Shown one piece after another: positions 24,906-36,524 of a stretch of 64,000 nt of DNA (position 1 is its first letter; every line of letters begins with the position of its first letter). The position numbers and the translations under genes were made by a program. The DNA lies in contig NC_087251.1 of assembly GCF_037042905.1 (NCBI RefSeq), positions 17,610,001 through 17,674,000 on the forward strand, written 5' to 3'. This DNA is from Lytechinus pictus. Lineage: Eukaryota. A model generated the notes under the pieces. It made no database searches. It saw only the letters and a list, made by a program, of their open reading frames with translations, and was not told the origin of the DNA.

Positions 24906-25607
24906 CAGAGATACGATCTTACGTATACGTATTACGTATAAGCTCCTAGAGAGGGAACCTTTGGAGGGAACTCTTTCCGCGCGTTATTATTTCCATAGGT
25001 TTTGTCAAAGACCTTATAATAATATGTACATAGCCAACATGGCTGCCGGTGTAGCGGCGGATTCGGTTCCACCGGCGGATACCGTATCCGCCGGCAGATA
25101 TCGTTCTAAATGGCCGATATCGTTTTTAATCGGAACATGCATATCCGCCGGGTTTGCGCGGCTTGAAGTTTGCAGATTTGGTTCCTTGGCGGATTTGGTT
25201 CTATTGACTATACGTGTAATTCAGACAACCTCGGCAGCGCGCGCATGCGCGGCTCTGGCAATGTCAATCGCAATGGGGGGGGGGGGGGGGGGGGATTTTC
25301 GTCCGCCTTTAGTGAATTTTTATTCAGGGGCGGATCCATACAGCGTTTGACATAGGGCTCGATGGAGGTGAGGATTAATAGGAGAAATAATGTCTCGATA
25401 TTTCATGTATTACATAGACCTGGCACATACGCCAAAACTTTGCTATTTATTATTATCAGATTTTGATGAAATTTTCATCATTTTGTTTTTGTGAATTTGT
25501 ATACTATTTTCAGTCCGCAGTATGCATCGATCTCTTTAACTGTGCTTTTTCACACCAATGTTAGTGTCAGTTTGCCAGACTGTTTGGCGAAAATGTGCAC
25601 CCCCATA

Positions 25608-26856
25608 CAGTGCGTATAAAAAAAACGGGACAGTTTTGAAAAGTCTATAAAAAATTGTTTCAAATTATGATATCTATATTTTGATGTTTAGATGCTCTGA
25701 AATCTTATCTTTGAAATGCCATTTAAAAAAAAATTGTTCATGCTTGAGCGAACACGGAACGTTTTTGTCGGGGGTTCAAAGAGAGGCTTGCGCCAAAATG
25801 GCAGAAATTAGAAATTTGATGATCAGACTTTTTGCTAATCAGCAGGCTTCCTTTTTACCTTTTCATTATCTTCGCCATGATTTTCGAATTATGCTGTCAA
25901 ATTTTATTTACAAATGTATTTATATACTTGAATTATTTTGTTTTTTCATTAAAACTTCTTTAACCTTTGAATTTTCCTTCATAAGTAAGGAAAGAAGACT
26001 TTTGTCAACCCAAGGAAGAAGATTTGCGTTATTAATCATGTTAATTGGGAGAACTTGTAGTTATTCAAATCGTATTTTATTAGGTGAAAAAAATTACGTT
26101 ATGGTACCTTTATAATAGAAAAACATGAATCCTATTTTCAAGGGGTCATTGATTCCTTGACCAAGTTTAATTAAGTGCTTGACAGGGCAAACAGGAAAGG
26201 ATTCATGACATGTCTTTCAATGGCAATGTATTGAGTAAATTTTGAAGGAGCTAGATATGGCAGATCGGATAAAATGTATTTAAATAGTTGTGAGCGAGCA
26301 AGCAAAAATTTCCACTTTTTTTAATATCCAATTCTACGTAACACCCCGAGCCCCCACCCATCTGTATGCCACTGTTCAAAAGCACCATAACCTTTGTAGC
26401 ACACAATGGAAGGATTAAAAAAATACACGCTTTCCCATACTTCGGTTTAAAAATTTTGTTTTTGGTTATAGAATGAATATTGAAAGCTAAAAGAGAACAT
26501 ATTAAAAAGAAACAACAGAACAATGCAGGCAAATAAACAGATTCGAAAATGAATTTTAACAGCATAATTCGAAAATTATGTCAAAGATAATTAAAAGGTT
26601 AAAAGGAAGTCTGCTGAATAGCAAGAAGTCCGATCATCATATTTATCATGTTATGCCATTTTGGCGCAAGATTCCTTTTTAACCCCAAACAAAAACATTC
26701 CGTGTTCGCTCAAGCATGAACAAAACTATTTTTTAATGGCATTTGAAAGATAAGACCTCAGAGCATCTATTAACACCAATATATAGATGTCATAATTTGA
26801 AACAAATTTTTTTTAGACTTTTCAAATCTGTCCCGTTTTTTTTTCGATACGCACTG
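25608..26856. mobile_element. Tc1/mariner-like MITE with ~330-bp TIRs
   Basis: TA|CAGTGCGTATAAAAAAAACGGGACAG ... CTGTCCCGTTTTTTTTTCGATACGCACTG|TA. Confidence 0.8.
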
Positions 26857-27799
26857 TATAGGCATATTGGTTTTTGAAACTACAAATGTTTAGAAAAATT
26901 TCAACAAATTAAAACTTCATATTTCCAAATAAATGATGCAAATAAGTGTATGAAAATATGTTTTGCTGTTAACTCATATTATTGCTTGTAGAATGCTAAT
27001 TTTGGGTGAAAACATAAATTTGACATTTTTAACAAAAACAAAAAAAAGAATGTCAAAACATTATTTATTTCTTATGTAGTTTATTGTAGGCCAATTTTTA
27101 ATTTATCATGAATTTTTTTTTTTTCTTTTTTTCTTCAATATTTTTGTTAAGGAATCTGAACTTTAGATCTAAAAGTTAGATACGCCACGTATCGTATGCT
27201 CCTTAATTTACCTCTCAGTCATCTAATTTTAAGATCAATATGGGATCTTTAGTGAAACATAATTTCTCCTTTATATCTTTTGTTTCTCTTACTATACCCC
27301 CTTCTGGTTTTTCATCTCTTTATTTTTTGCCTTTCTTTCTGTCCCTGCTCATTTCGCCCCTTTGCCTCTTCTCCAGTTTCCTAACATTTCTGGCACATTA
27401 TGAATATATCTGGGGCGTATACGCGTGGGTGATATAGCATCAAAAAGGGAGAAATAGAAAGAGGAGGGAAGGGAGAAAAAAAATATACGAGAAAATGTGG
27501 AGGAAATAATAATAATACATAGGAATTTCGCAAATCAAGAATTTCATTTGCAGTGATCATTATCTATACTTCCCTTTAGAAAACTTATTACAAAATCCTG
27601 CCATTGTTTGCCTTTATTTAATACTCTGTATCAATCATAATTGATGCATATTGTATCCAATTTATCCCTAAAATTGTGATAAGAAGTATTTAATAGGTAT
27701 AAATTAATTAAAAATGCATGTTTTTTATTACAAGACGTATTTTTTTTAAACAGTGCACACCCATATATTTACCACTAATGCATATAGCATTTCCATTTA

Positions 27800-27934
27800 T
27801 TTGAAAGCAAGATAAAAGAGCGTTGCAGATTAAATGCCTCCAGGCTCACGGGCATAGGTGCCGCGGCCAGGGATCGAACCCCGGACTTTCTATGTATAGC
27901 CAGGCCGCCTAGACCACTCGGCCACGGCACCTCC
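27800..27934 (-). mobile_element. tRNA-derived SINE, 5' part
   Basis: Reverse strand reads GGAGGTGCCGTGGCCGAGTGGTCTAGG...GGTTCGATCCCTGG (A and B boxes), then a non-tRNA body. Confidence 0.7.
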
Positions 27935-28139
27935 ACGTATGTGAGTGAAGGATATCGCGATAGCGCAAGAACGATATCTTCCGAAGAGAGTGGCCTTTTT
28001 TGGTACTGAATCCGCCGGAGTAGAACACGATCCGCCGGCGGATTTGGTGCCTAGAACAGTATCTGCCAGGCGCAGGATCCGCCGGTACACCGGCGGACAA
28101 TTTGAAGGTTGATTTTGGAGGGTCAATGTTTTATTCATG

Positions 28140-28245
28140 AGAATGACGTCAAAATACGCATAATGCACTTGTATGATTGGATAAAACGCTAATGTTTTAT
28201 TCATGTTTCATGCATTAAACATTTTTCCGTCCCACAATTCCCTAC
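28140..28245 (+). promoter_or_regulatory. candidate Pol II promoter motif cluster
   Basis: TGACGTCA (CRE, ~28144), GATTGG (CCAAT box, ~28175) and TCCCACAATTCC (ZNF143-like, ~28230), upstream of a GTAAGT donor at 28433. Confidence 0.3.
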
Positions 28246-28602
28246 GATATCTGTGCGAGGTGTCGTTCTTTTGGACTCTGCGAATTTCAAGTTTCTGAAA
28301 CGAAATAGCTAGACTAATTATCTGTTTATAGAATTGATGTTCGAAATCATGTTTTTTTAGTAAACTTCATTGGAGGAGAAAATCTTGGAGGGAACATCAA
28401 TACTATTCTAATGACATTCCATAGGAATAAAAGTAAGTTACGCTCATTTTCATGTTTTGATCTCACCTGCAAAATTGTAATGTGTTTGCCGGGGTTCGGG
28501 GCTCATCCTGTATTATTACGTACTTGTAAACCTCAATTCCAATATTTCTTTTGCCTGACTTCCAAATAAGTGTGATCATTGAGTTTCTCAAAAAATACTA
28601 TA

Positions 28603-28756
28603 CAGGGGCCGCGGAACCGGGGGGGCTGGGGGGGCTTCAGCCCCCCACTTTTTCCAAAACCGTGTACAAAAACGCAATAATGACCATACGATTGTGATTT
28701 TCTGCATGGTCAGCCCCCCCCCCCCCCCCACTTTGAAAACCGTTCCGCGGCCCCTG
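28603..28756 (+). mobile_element. short MITE (CAGGGGCCGCGGAAC TIR)
   Basis: Terminal inverted repeats; near-TSD CTATA/CTATT. Sister copy at 30744-30879. Confidence 0.75.
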
Positions 28757-29247
28757 CTATTGGGTGTCCGGACACGTAACAGAAATGAAGCCTTGTTTTT
28801 ATCTCAGGAATAAACCAAAAATATAGGTTGAATAGTTTTTTTTTTCACCATCAATATTTGTTCTTTATAATATTTTCTTATATTCTATGCTAAAAAGAAT
28901 TAAAGACATTGCTTGTAAACTTTTCAAAATTGAGAGTAAAAGTCATGTGTCCGGACACCCAACCCGTTCGGACACACAACCACTGGGTATACTATAGTTT
29001 GTCGTAGATCTAGACATTCATCGGAATGCTTCATGTAGGTCTAAAGTAAACCTGTATTTCAGTTTTATTGTGATTAGACAATTATCAGGGGTAGATGTGG
29101 ACTTGTTTCAGACCTCCTTTTTTTTAGTAACGACAAACTGTCGATTTTAGGCCTATTCAAATTTAGGTCAATGTAGGGATATGGTCGCCTTTGATATCGC
29201 CGGTGCTAGCCGGCTAGCGAGATTGTCGATGTAGTCATGGGGTATGA

Positions 29248-29322
29248 AAATAGCGGGGACGGACTAGGCCCAAACTTCAAGCTTGAAAGTTGAAGTTTAG
29301 GCCTAGTCCGTCCCCGCTATTT
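29248..29322. other. 33-bp-stem hairpin
   Basis: AAATAGCGGGGACGGACTAGGCCCAAACTTCAA - 9-nt loop - TTGAAGTTTAGGCCTAGTCCGTCCCCGCTATTT, one mismatch. Confidence 0.85.
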
Positions 29323-30743
29323 CATCTTCATATGAATAAGTATAATTCTCAGCAGTTTCTTTTATTCAGGAACGTTTTACTTCAGAATAATTAGTGATGA
29401 AATACGATTGACTTAGCATTAGTGTCTGTTATAATATTAGTGTTAAGTGTTACTGTTACTTATATAGTCTTAGATTTGAATGAAATGGCGTAGCCTAGCC
29501 CTAGACCTAAATCAAGTCTATTTGAAGAGGATACCCTGGGCCTGGCCTGGGGTGGTAATTTGAAAACGTTCTTAGTGTTTACTTCATTCAAATGTGATGT
29601 GATTCTTAAGTTATACAGGCCCAGCATAGACCAGATCCAGATTCAGCTATATACAGCTGTAGAAATATGTGGTTGGAATAATTTTACTTTTATAAACAGA
29701 GTGAGGTAGGCCTATGCCTCTAGCTCTATGACTGAGATAGAGAATGAAGTTTCGGGTCCAGATAACTTTTTTGTTCTAGTTTGGAATATTCATATGTGAG
29801 ACCTGGGATATGGGCAGCTAGAAATTTCAAAAATATTGTTTAAGAAGAGTAATTTTATTTATCTCTAAAACACTCAAATTTAAATTGTCAATTGCAGATC
29901 CAATGGGACCAAGTTCTTAGCAGTTCACACCTAGTCAGAAGTACAAAATTGAGAACCATATGCCGATCAGCAAGTGTTAGTTACAATCTAATGAGGAACA
30001 TGATATCTGAATGGAAAAATTGCAAGGTATGCTTACTGTTTTGATAATATACAGGCTGTATCTAAGTTCATCACCCCCCCCCCCAAAAAAAAAAAAATAT
30101 ATTCCCCCTTTTTTTGGAGGGGGTGGGGTATGGCCAATTGTGCTGAAACATGATGCAATATCATGTAATGTTAAAGTTCCATTGTGAGTTAATATTTGTT
30201 TGAATTCAGATTCACCAGTATTTCCATTTTTAACACTGCAAACTAATTATCCATATCTCCTGTCTATACATGCATTTGCATAAAAAACCAAGATATTAAC
30301 AGTTATCACAAATTCTGATAAATATTTGAATTAATTTGCACTCTTTATTTTCAAAACATACTGTAGATAGTTATATTGATATATGAATTTATCTGGATGT
30401 GGGACGAAAGTGACTGCATGTGCTAAACTTGTTTTATCACTGAAGAGTATAAAATAGAGTTTACATCTTTTTTTAAATAAACTGGACTAGATGAGTAAGA
30501 ATAATTTACAGCTTATTTTGTTCTTTTCTCTTTTTTACCATGCAGGTTTCCCACTTCCCAAGCTGTTTAAGTACTGGTATCACAACATAAGTGCCAAGAA
30601 AAGACATGAAGGCCAAGTTAACAAAAAGTAGTTACTTCATTGCAATAACACATTAAAAATGAATTAATTTGAAATAAATATATTAATAAAGCATTGAATG
30701 TTACATCTGTAGAAAAGAGTGCGGGACAAGTTCAGGTTCATCA

Positions 30744-30879
30744 CAGGGGCCTCGGAAAGGTTTTCAAAGTGGGGGGCTGACCATGCAAAAATCACAATCG
30801 TATGGTCATTTTTACGTTTTTGTACATGGTTTTGGAAAAAATGGGAGGCTGAAGCCCGCCCCCGCTTCCGCGGCCCCTG
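30744..30879 (-). mobile_element. short MITE, inverted copy of 28603-28756
   Basis: Same internal sequence in reverse. 5-bp TSD CATCA. Confidence 0.75.
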
Positions 30880-31338
30880 CATCACCGGGCAATGACATTG
30901 AGGTATACAAGTTTAGGTACAAAATTTCACACAAAATACAAGTAAGAAATATTTTTCTAACGGGAAAATGTATCACCTTTTATTGATATTTTGTACTTCT
31001 ACTAGTTCGTAGTAGTTTTCATGAAAATGAATATTATTTTCCAGTTTAAAGGCCTATTCAATATTAGAATAGGTCTTCTTTTAGTGACATACTTAGGGTT
31101 GTAAGACAAAAAATATTGTATTTTGAAATAAAAATCATGCATAGCTACATGATAATAAAGGTGATCAGGAGATTAAGAAATAATGTTAGTATCACTCCTG
31201 GACCTCATTTCATAAACAAGTTATTACTATTGCAATCTTGTCATTATGACAATTATGGTAAAAGGGCTGAGCAAGAAATTAAGGTTTTTATGTTACCTAA
31301 AACAGGCTGGGGGCAAAGTTACCATGATTACAAGTCTT

Positions 31339-32320
31339 CAGTGGCGTAACTATGGGGGGGGCATGTGCCCCCCAATCAGCTGACAAAAAAACGAGGAAAG
31401 GGAGAAAAAGGAGAGAGGAAGAGAAACGTAGTGGGAAAGAAGAAATTATTGTTCATTATAATATTATGTTATGTTATATTACTTAAGAAACATTTTTTTA
31501 TAACTTTATGAAACATAATTTGCTCATGGCCTATGTCTTCATTGTTCCTGGTGCGCGCACTGTCTAACAAGATATATAATCCTGTTTTCAAGTCAATATA
31601 TACCAAATATATTTTGTCGCACTTCGAGCTATTATTGTGTTATGTAAAATAGTATGCTTCTTTTTCATGATTGCCCCATTTTAAGGTCTTATTATAAAAT
31701 ATTTTCTGTCCGTGCTTACGTTCGCATTAGTGGATTGGTGAGATATGTCTTGGCTTCAGTGCTTAAAATGTCCCCTTTTCTGATCTGAATATCAAACATT
31801 TTCAGCTCGCACTTTGCGCTCGCAATATTTTATTAGTGAGATGCGTATGTTAATAATCATGATTAAAATGACTGCAAGTGCTTCATGTGTTTAGATGTAA
31901 TTCTAACAAAATCAGCAAGCGCTTGGCACTCGCATTAGATGACTATGGGGAAATATGTACTCTTAATGGATTCCTAAAATATAGTCCTTAAAATCTCCCT
32001 GTTTGGGCTCAATATATACAAAGATTTCAGCTCGCGCTTCGCGCTCGCATTGTTTAGCGAGATAGGTACGTATTTTAATTAAAAATTTGATTAGAATGTC
32101 CCTTTTTTTAAGGTCTTAATATCAAATTTTTTTAGCTCGCGCTTGGCGCTCGCATTATTTGACCAGTGAGATATATATCCGTTTAATGGCACTGTCCTTA
32201 AAAATGTCTCTATTAGGTCAATATACCTGGCAACTGAGCGCGCTTCGCGCGCTCACTAAGTGACTCAAAATTTTTGCTGGTGCCCCCCCCCCCAATGCCG
32301 TGACCCACGGTACGCCACTG
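31339..32320. mobile_element. hAT-like MITE
   Basis: CAAGTCTT|CAGTGGCGTA ... TACGCCACTG|CAAGTCTT (8-bp TSD). Internal GCTCGCGCTTCGCGCTCGCA tandem units. Confidence 0.85.
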
Positions 32321-34110
32321 CAAGTCTTCATAACTTATGTAGGGTTATTAAGTTGCATTTATTGTTATCTTCATTTGTAAAAAATGTGAAATGGGTTACC
32401 ACTGCAATAATATATAAATAGACTATATTTCAAAAATAGATTGAATTCTAACCACAGTGACAGTAGATAAATCAAATTTTGTTAATGATTCGCTAATGTA
32501 TTGATTGGGGAAGGCACTCTTTAGGTAGATTCTGGCATTGTGTCCCCCCACCCCTTATGAGGAGTGGTCTCACATCAGTAGACTTTATCTTGTCTGCAAA
32601 TTTGAAAGGAAATTACCAATTTTTTTGAGTGACAAATTTTGGGGGAAAAATAAACGAATATCAAAGATTTTTATGCTCTTTTATGGAATATTAACTATAG
32701 GCTCATCGAGATCCTTTGAATGAAATATTAACAAACATTGTACAATGAAGAAAAATGTACTTGATCCTATTTTTGTACATTTACATACATACCCCTACCC
32801 AGTAACAGCCCTTTTTAGCTGTGCATTGCCTTTATTTTTAAAATACAATTTAATGCTTGGTAGACGCTAATTATTATTTTTATGTTAATGTCAATGTTTT
32901 AGAAAATGGATTCCTTAATAAACATGTTAATTTTGAATTGAATTTTTTGATCTTGGTAATTTTCATTTATCAATTAAGTGTGATGATATATTGCTTCTGA
33001 GCTGTTATGCACAAATGGCACAAGATGTTGCATTGTACTGAAATGTGATGATGCCACTGTTACATGAGATCAAACAGCAGTCAATTAAAATATTATTCAA
33101 GAGAAATAAGGATAAGAGTGGGAAAGAAAGTAAAATGACAGGAGAATTATTTGCTTGTATGCATATAGTTATGTCAGTTTCTGAGAGAGAGAGAGAGAGA
33201 TGGGGGGGGGGTGAAAGTTCAGTTTGTTTTGAAAGAAGCAATTATAAGACCTTACTGTTCATGACGGGGGGGGGGGGGGCTAATTATTTCTCAAATTTTT
33301 TTAAACCTACATATAAAATGTATTTTTTCTTTCCATATGAAAATTACACCAGATTCATTTTCAGTTGAAAATAAAAAAAAGAAATACCCTATAGCCTACG
33401 ATCGGTTGCTCTCTTGCCTATTTAATTTTGAGAACCCCCTCCCCCCTAAAATATGGTATATACCTAGGTCATGATTATTGATGCTTGACATAGAAGTCGC
33501 CATTTAAAATTAAGTGCTCCGAGGACTGCTATTCATAATAGGACTTATATTGGAGACTACAATTATTGAGAAGAATTTGATTTGTTATCATCTTTGTTTA
33601 TATTATGAAAAAAAAGGTTCATTTCGTTTTCTGCAATAAAAAGAAAAAAGGGCTCCAGAAACACAAAGAGATGTCATCGTATATGGCAACATTTTCTTTG
33701 GGAACCTCCTCTGTAATATTTTTTAGCAAAGATCCTGGCCATTTGCAGCTAAAACATAGCAAAGATGCAGTACTAATCGTTACAGGCAATAACAAATAGA
33801 TCATTAAAATAGATGAATAATAAAACTCTGAGGAGGAAAAAAACGAATGATCTGACATGATGTAATCACAGACACCAACGATATTAAATCAGGTCGCGCA
33901 TTATGCTAATTAGTGACAAAATACTAATTTACATATTTTTACGCTATGCGCGAAGGACGTTCCATGACCACGCCTTTATTTCGCTGCTGTATTAAAACAG
34001 TGGCGGTGTCCATAGGCTTGTATACGAAAAATGGGAGCAGTGTGCACTTTTGACCATCCAAAATTTCCCCCAATTCTGACCGGATGCAGAAGCAGAGTTT
34101 CACCCCCCTG

Positions 34111-36227
34111 GGGGTGACAGAGATGGGGCGATAGAGGGGGGCGAGGGTGTGTGAGAGAGGGGGTGAGAGAGATGGGGCGATAGAGGGGGGCGAGGGTGTG
34201 TGAGAGAGGGGGTGAGAGAGATGGGGCGAGAGAGGGGGCGAGGGTGTGTGAAAGAGGGGGTGAGAGAGATGGGGCGAGAGACGGGGGTGAGAGAGGGGGT
34301 GAGAGAGATGGGGCGAGATAGGGGCGAGGGTGTGCGAGAGAGGGGGTGCATGAGAGAGATGGGGCGAGAGAGGGGGGCGAGGGTGTGTGAAAGAGGGGGT
34401 GAGAGAGATGGGGCGAGGGAGGGGGCGAGGGTGTGTGAAAGAGGGGGTGAGAGAGGGTGTGTTAGAGAGGGGGTGAGAGAGATGGGGTGGGAGGAAGGGG
34501 GGAGAGAGGGGCGAGGGTGTGTGAGAGAAATGGGGTGGGAGGAAGGGGTGAGAGAACTAGGGGCGAGGGAGTGGTACAGGGTTTATGAGAGAGGGGGTGA
34601 GAGATATGGGGCGAGAGAGGGGGGCGAGTGTGTGTGAGACAGGGGGTGAGAGAGATGGGGCGAGGGTGTGTGAGAGAGGGGGTGAGAGAGATGGGGCGAA
34701 AGAGGGGGGCGAGGGTGTGTGAGAGAGGGGGTGAGAGAGATGGGGGGAGATAGGGGCGAGGGTGTGCGAGAGAGGGGGTGAGAGAGATGGGGCGAGAGAG
34801 GGGGGCGAGGGTGTGTGAGAGAGGGGTGAGAGGAAGGGGGGAGAGAGGGGCGAGGGTGTGTGAGAGAAATGGGGTGGGAGGAATGGGTGAGAGAACTAGG
34901 GGCGAGGGAGTGGTACAGGGTTTATGAGAGAGGGGGTGAGAGATATGGGGCGAGAGAGGGGGGCGAGTGTGTGTGAGACAGGGGGTGAGAGAGATGGGGC
35001 GAGGGTGTGTGAGAGAGGGGGTGAGAGAGATGGGGCAAAAGAGGGGGGCGAGGGTGTGTGAGAGAGGGGGTGAGAGAGATGGGGGGAGATAGGGGCGAGG
35101 GTGTGCGAGAGAGGGGGTGAGAGAGATGGGGCGAGAGAGGGGGGCGAGGGTGTGTGAGAGAGGGGTGAGAGAGATGGGGCGAGATAGGGGGCGAGGGTGT
35201 GTGAGAGAGGGGGTGAGAGAGATGGGGCGAGAGAGGGGGCGAGGGTGTGTGAGCGAGGGGGTGAGAGAGATGGGGCGAGAGAGGGGGCGAGGGTGTGTGA
35301 GAGAGGGGGTGAGAGAGATGGGGCGAGAGAGGGGGGCGAGGGTGTGTGAAATAGGGGGTGAGAGAGATGGGGCGAGAGAGGGGGCGAGGGTGTGTGAGAG
35401 AGGGGGTGAGAGAGATGGGGCGAGAGAGGGGGTGAGAGAGATGGGGGGAGATAGGGGGCGAGGGTGTGCGAGAGAGGGGTGAGAGAGATGGGGCGAGAGA
35501 GGGGGGCGAGGGTGTGTGAGAGAGGGGGTGAGAGAGATGGGGCGAGAGAGGGGGGCGAGGGTGTGTGAGAGAGGGGGTGAGAGAGATGGGGCGAGGGTGT
35601 GTGAGAGAGGGGGTGAGAGAGATGGGGCGAGAGAGGGGGCGAGGGTGTGTGAGAGAGGGGGTGAGAGAGATGGGGCGAGAGAGGGGGCGAGGGTGTGTGA
35701 GAGAGGGGGTGAGGAGAGAGAGAGATGGGGCGAGATAGGGGGCGAGGGGGTGCATGAGAGAGATGGGGCGAGGGTGTGTGAAAGAGGGGGTGAGAGAGAT
35801 GGGGTGGAAGGAAGGGGTGAGAGAACTAGGGGCGAGGGAGTGGTACAGGGTGTATGAGAGAGGGGGTGAGAGACATGGGGCGAGATAGGGGGCGAGGGTG
35901 TGTGAGAGAGATGGGGCGAGAGAGGGGGGGAGAGAGATGGGGCGAGGGAGAGGGTGTGTGAAAGAGGGGGTGGCGAGGGTGTATGAGAGAGGGGGTGAGA
36001 GAGATGGGGCGAGAGAGGGGGGCGAGGGTGTGTGAAAGAGGGGGTGAGAGAGGGTGTGTTAGAGAGGGGGTGAGAGAGATGGGGTGGGAGGAAGGGGGGA
36101 GAGAGGGGCGAGGGTGTGTGAAAGAGGGGGTGAGAGAGGGTGTGTTAGAGAGGGGGTGAGAGAGATGGGGTGGGAGGAAGGGGGGAGAGAGGGGCGAGGG
36201 TGTGTGAGAGAGATGGGGTGGGAGGAA
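34111..36227. repeat. GA-rich minisatellite, 2.1 kb
   Basis: Variant units of GAGAGGGGGTGAGAGAGATGGGGCGAGAGAGGGGGCGAGGGTGTGT. Confidence 0.95.
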
Positions 36228-36524
36228 TATCACTTATCAATTTGCATACAACGGCACTTTATTCAGTTACGTGGATTGGTTTTCTATTAGGCTATTACCA
36301 CGTCCATTCACTTTGTACATACCTAAGTCAGCTGTTCATTTGAATAGTAGATTTCTAAAACCACGACGTGGCCAAAGAATCATTATTCTCTCAATACATA
36401 AAGAAACATAAGATTATGAACATAAATGAAGTCATGTAATCATATCTGTTAGAGACCCTACCTCCTTTCCAAAACAAAAGTGCATGCACCACACTCCATA
36501 CACACATTCACAACACCCCCCACA

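Larger units (their letters stand above)
25050..28089. mobile_element. Ginger-like non-autonomous element
   Basis: CCGG|TGTAGCGGCGGAT ... ATCCGCCGGTACA|CCGG. Sub-terminal repeats of CCGGCGGAT at both ends. Confidence 0.7.
24906..34110. mobile_element. 9.2-kb insertion without long TIRs, 9-bp TSD
   Basis: GGGGTGACA|CAGAG ... CCCCCCTG|GGGGTGACA. It splits one GA minisatellite in two. Confidence 0.55.

Noticed and set aside
27860..27934. tRNA gene on the - strand
   Set aside because: tRNA-like head followed by SINE body sequence; treated as a SINE.
34200..36290. long Pro/Ser/His- or Gly/Arg/Glu-rich ORFs (e.g. 277 aa at 34922-35755)
   Set aside because: Stop-free frames of the GA minisatellite with no splice or domain evidence.
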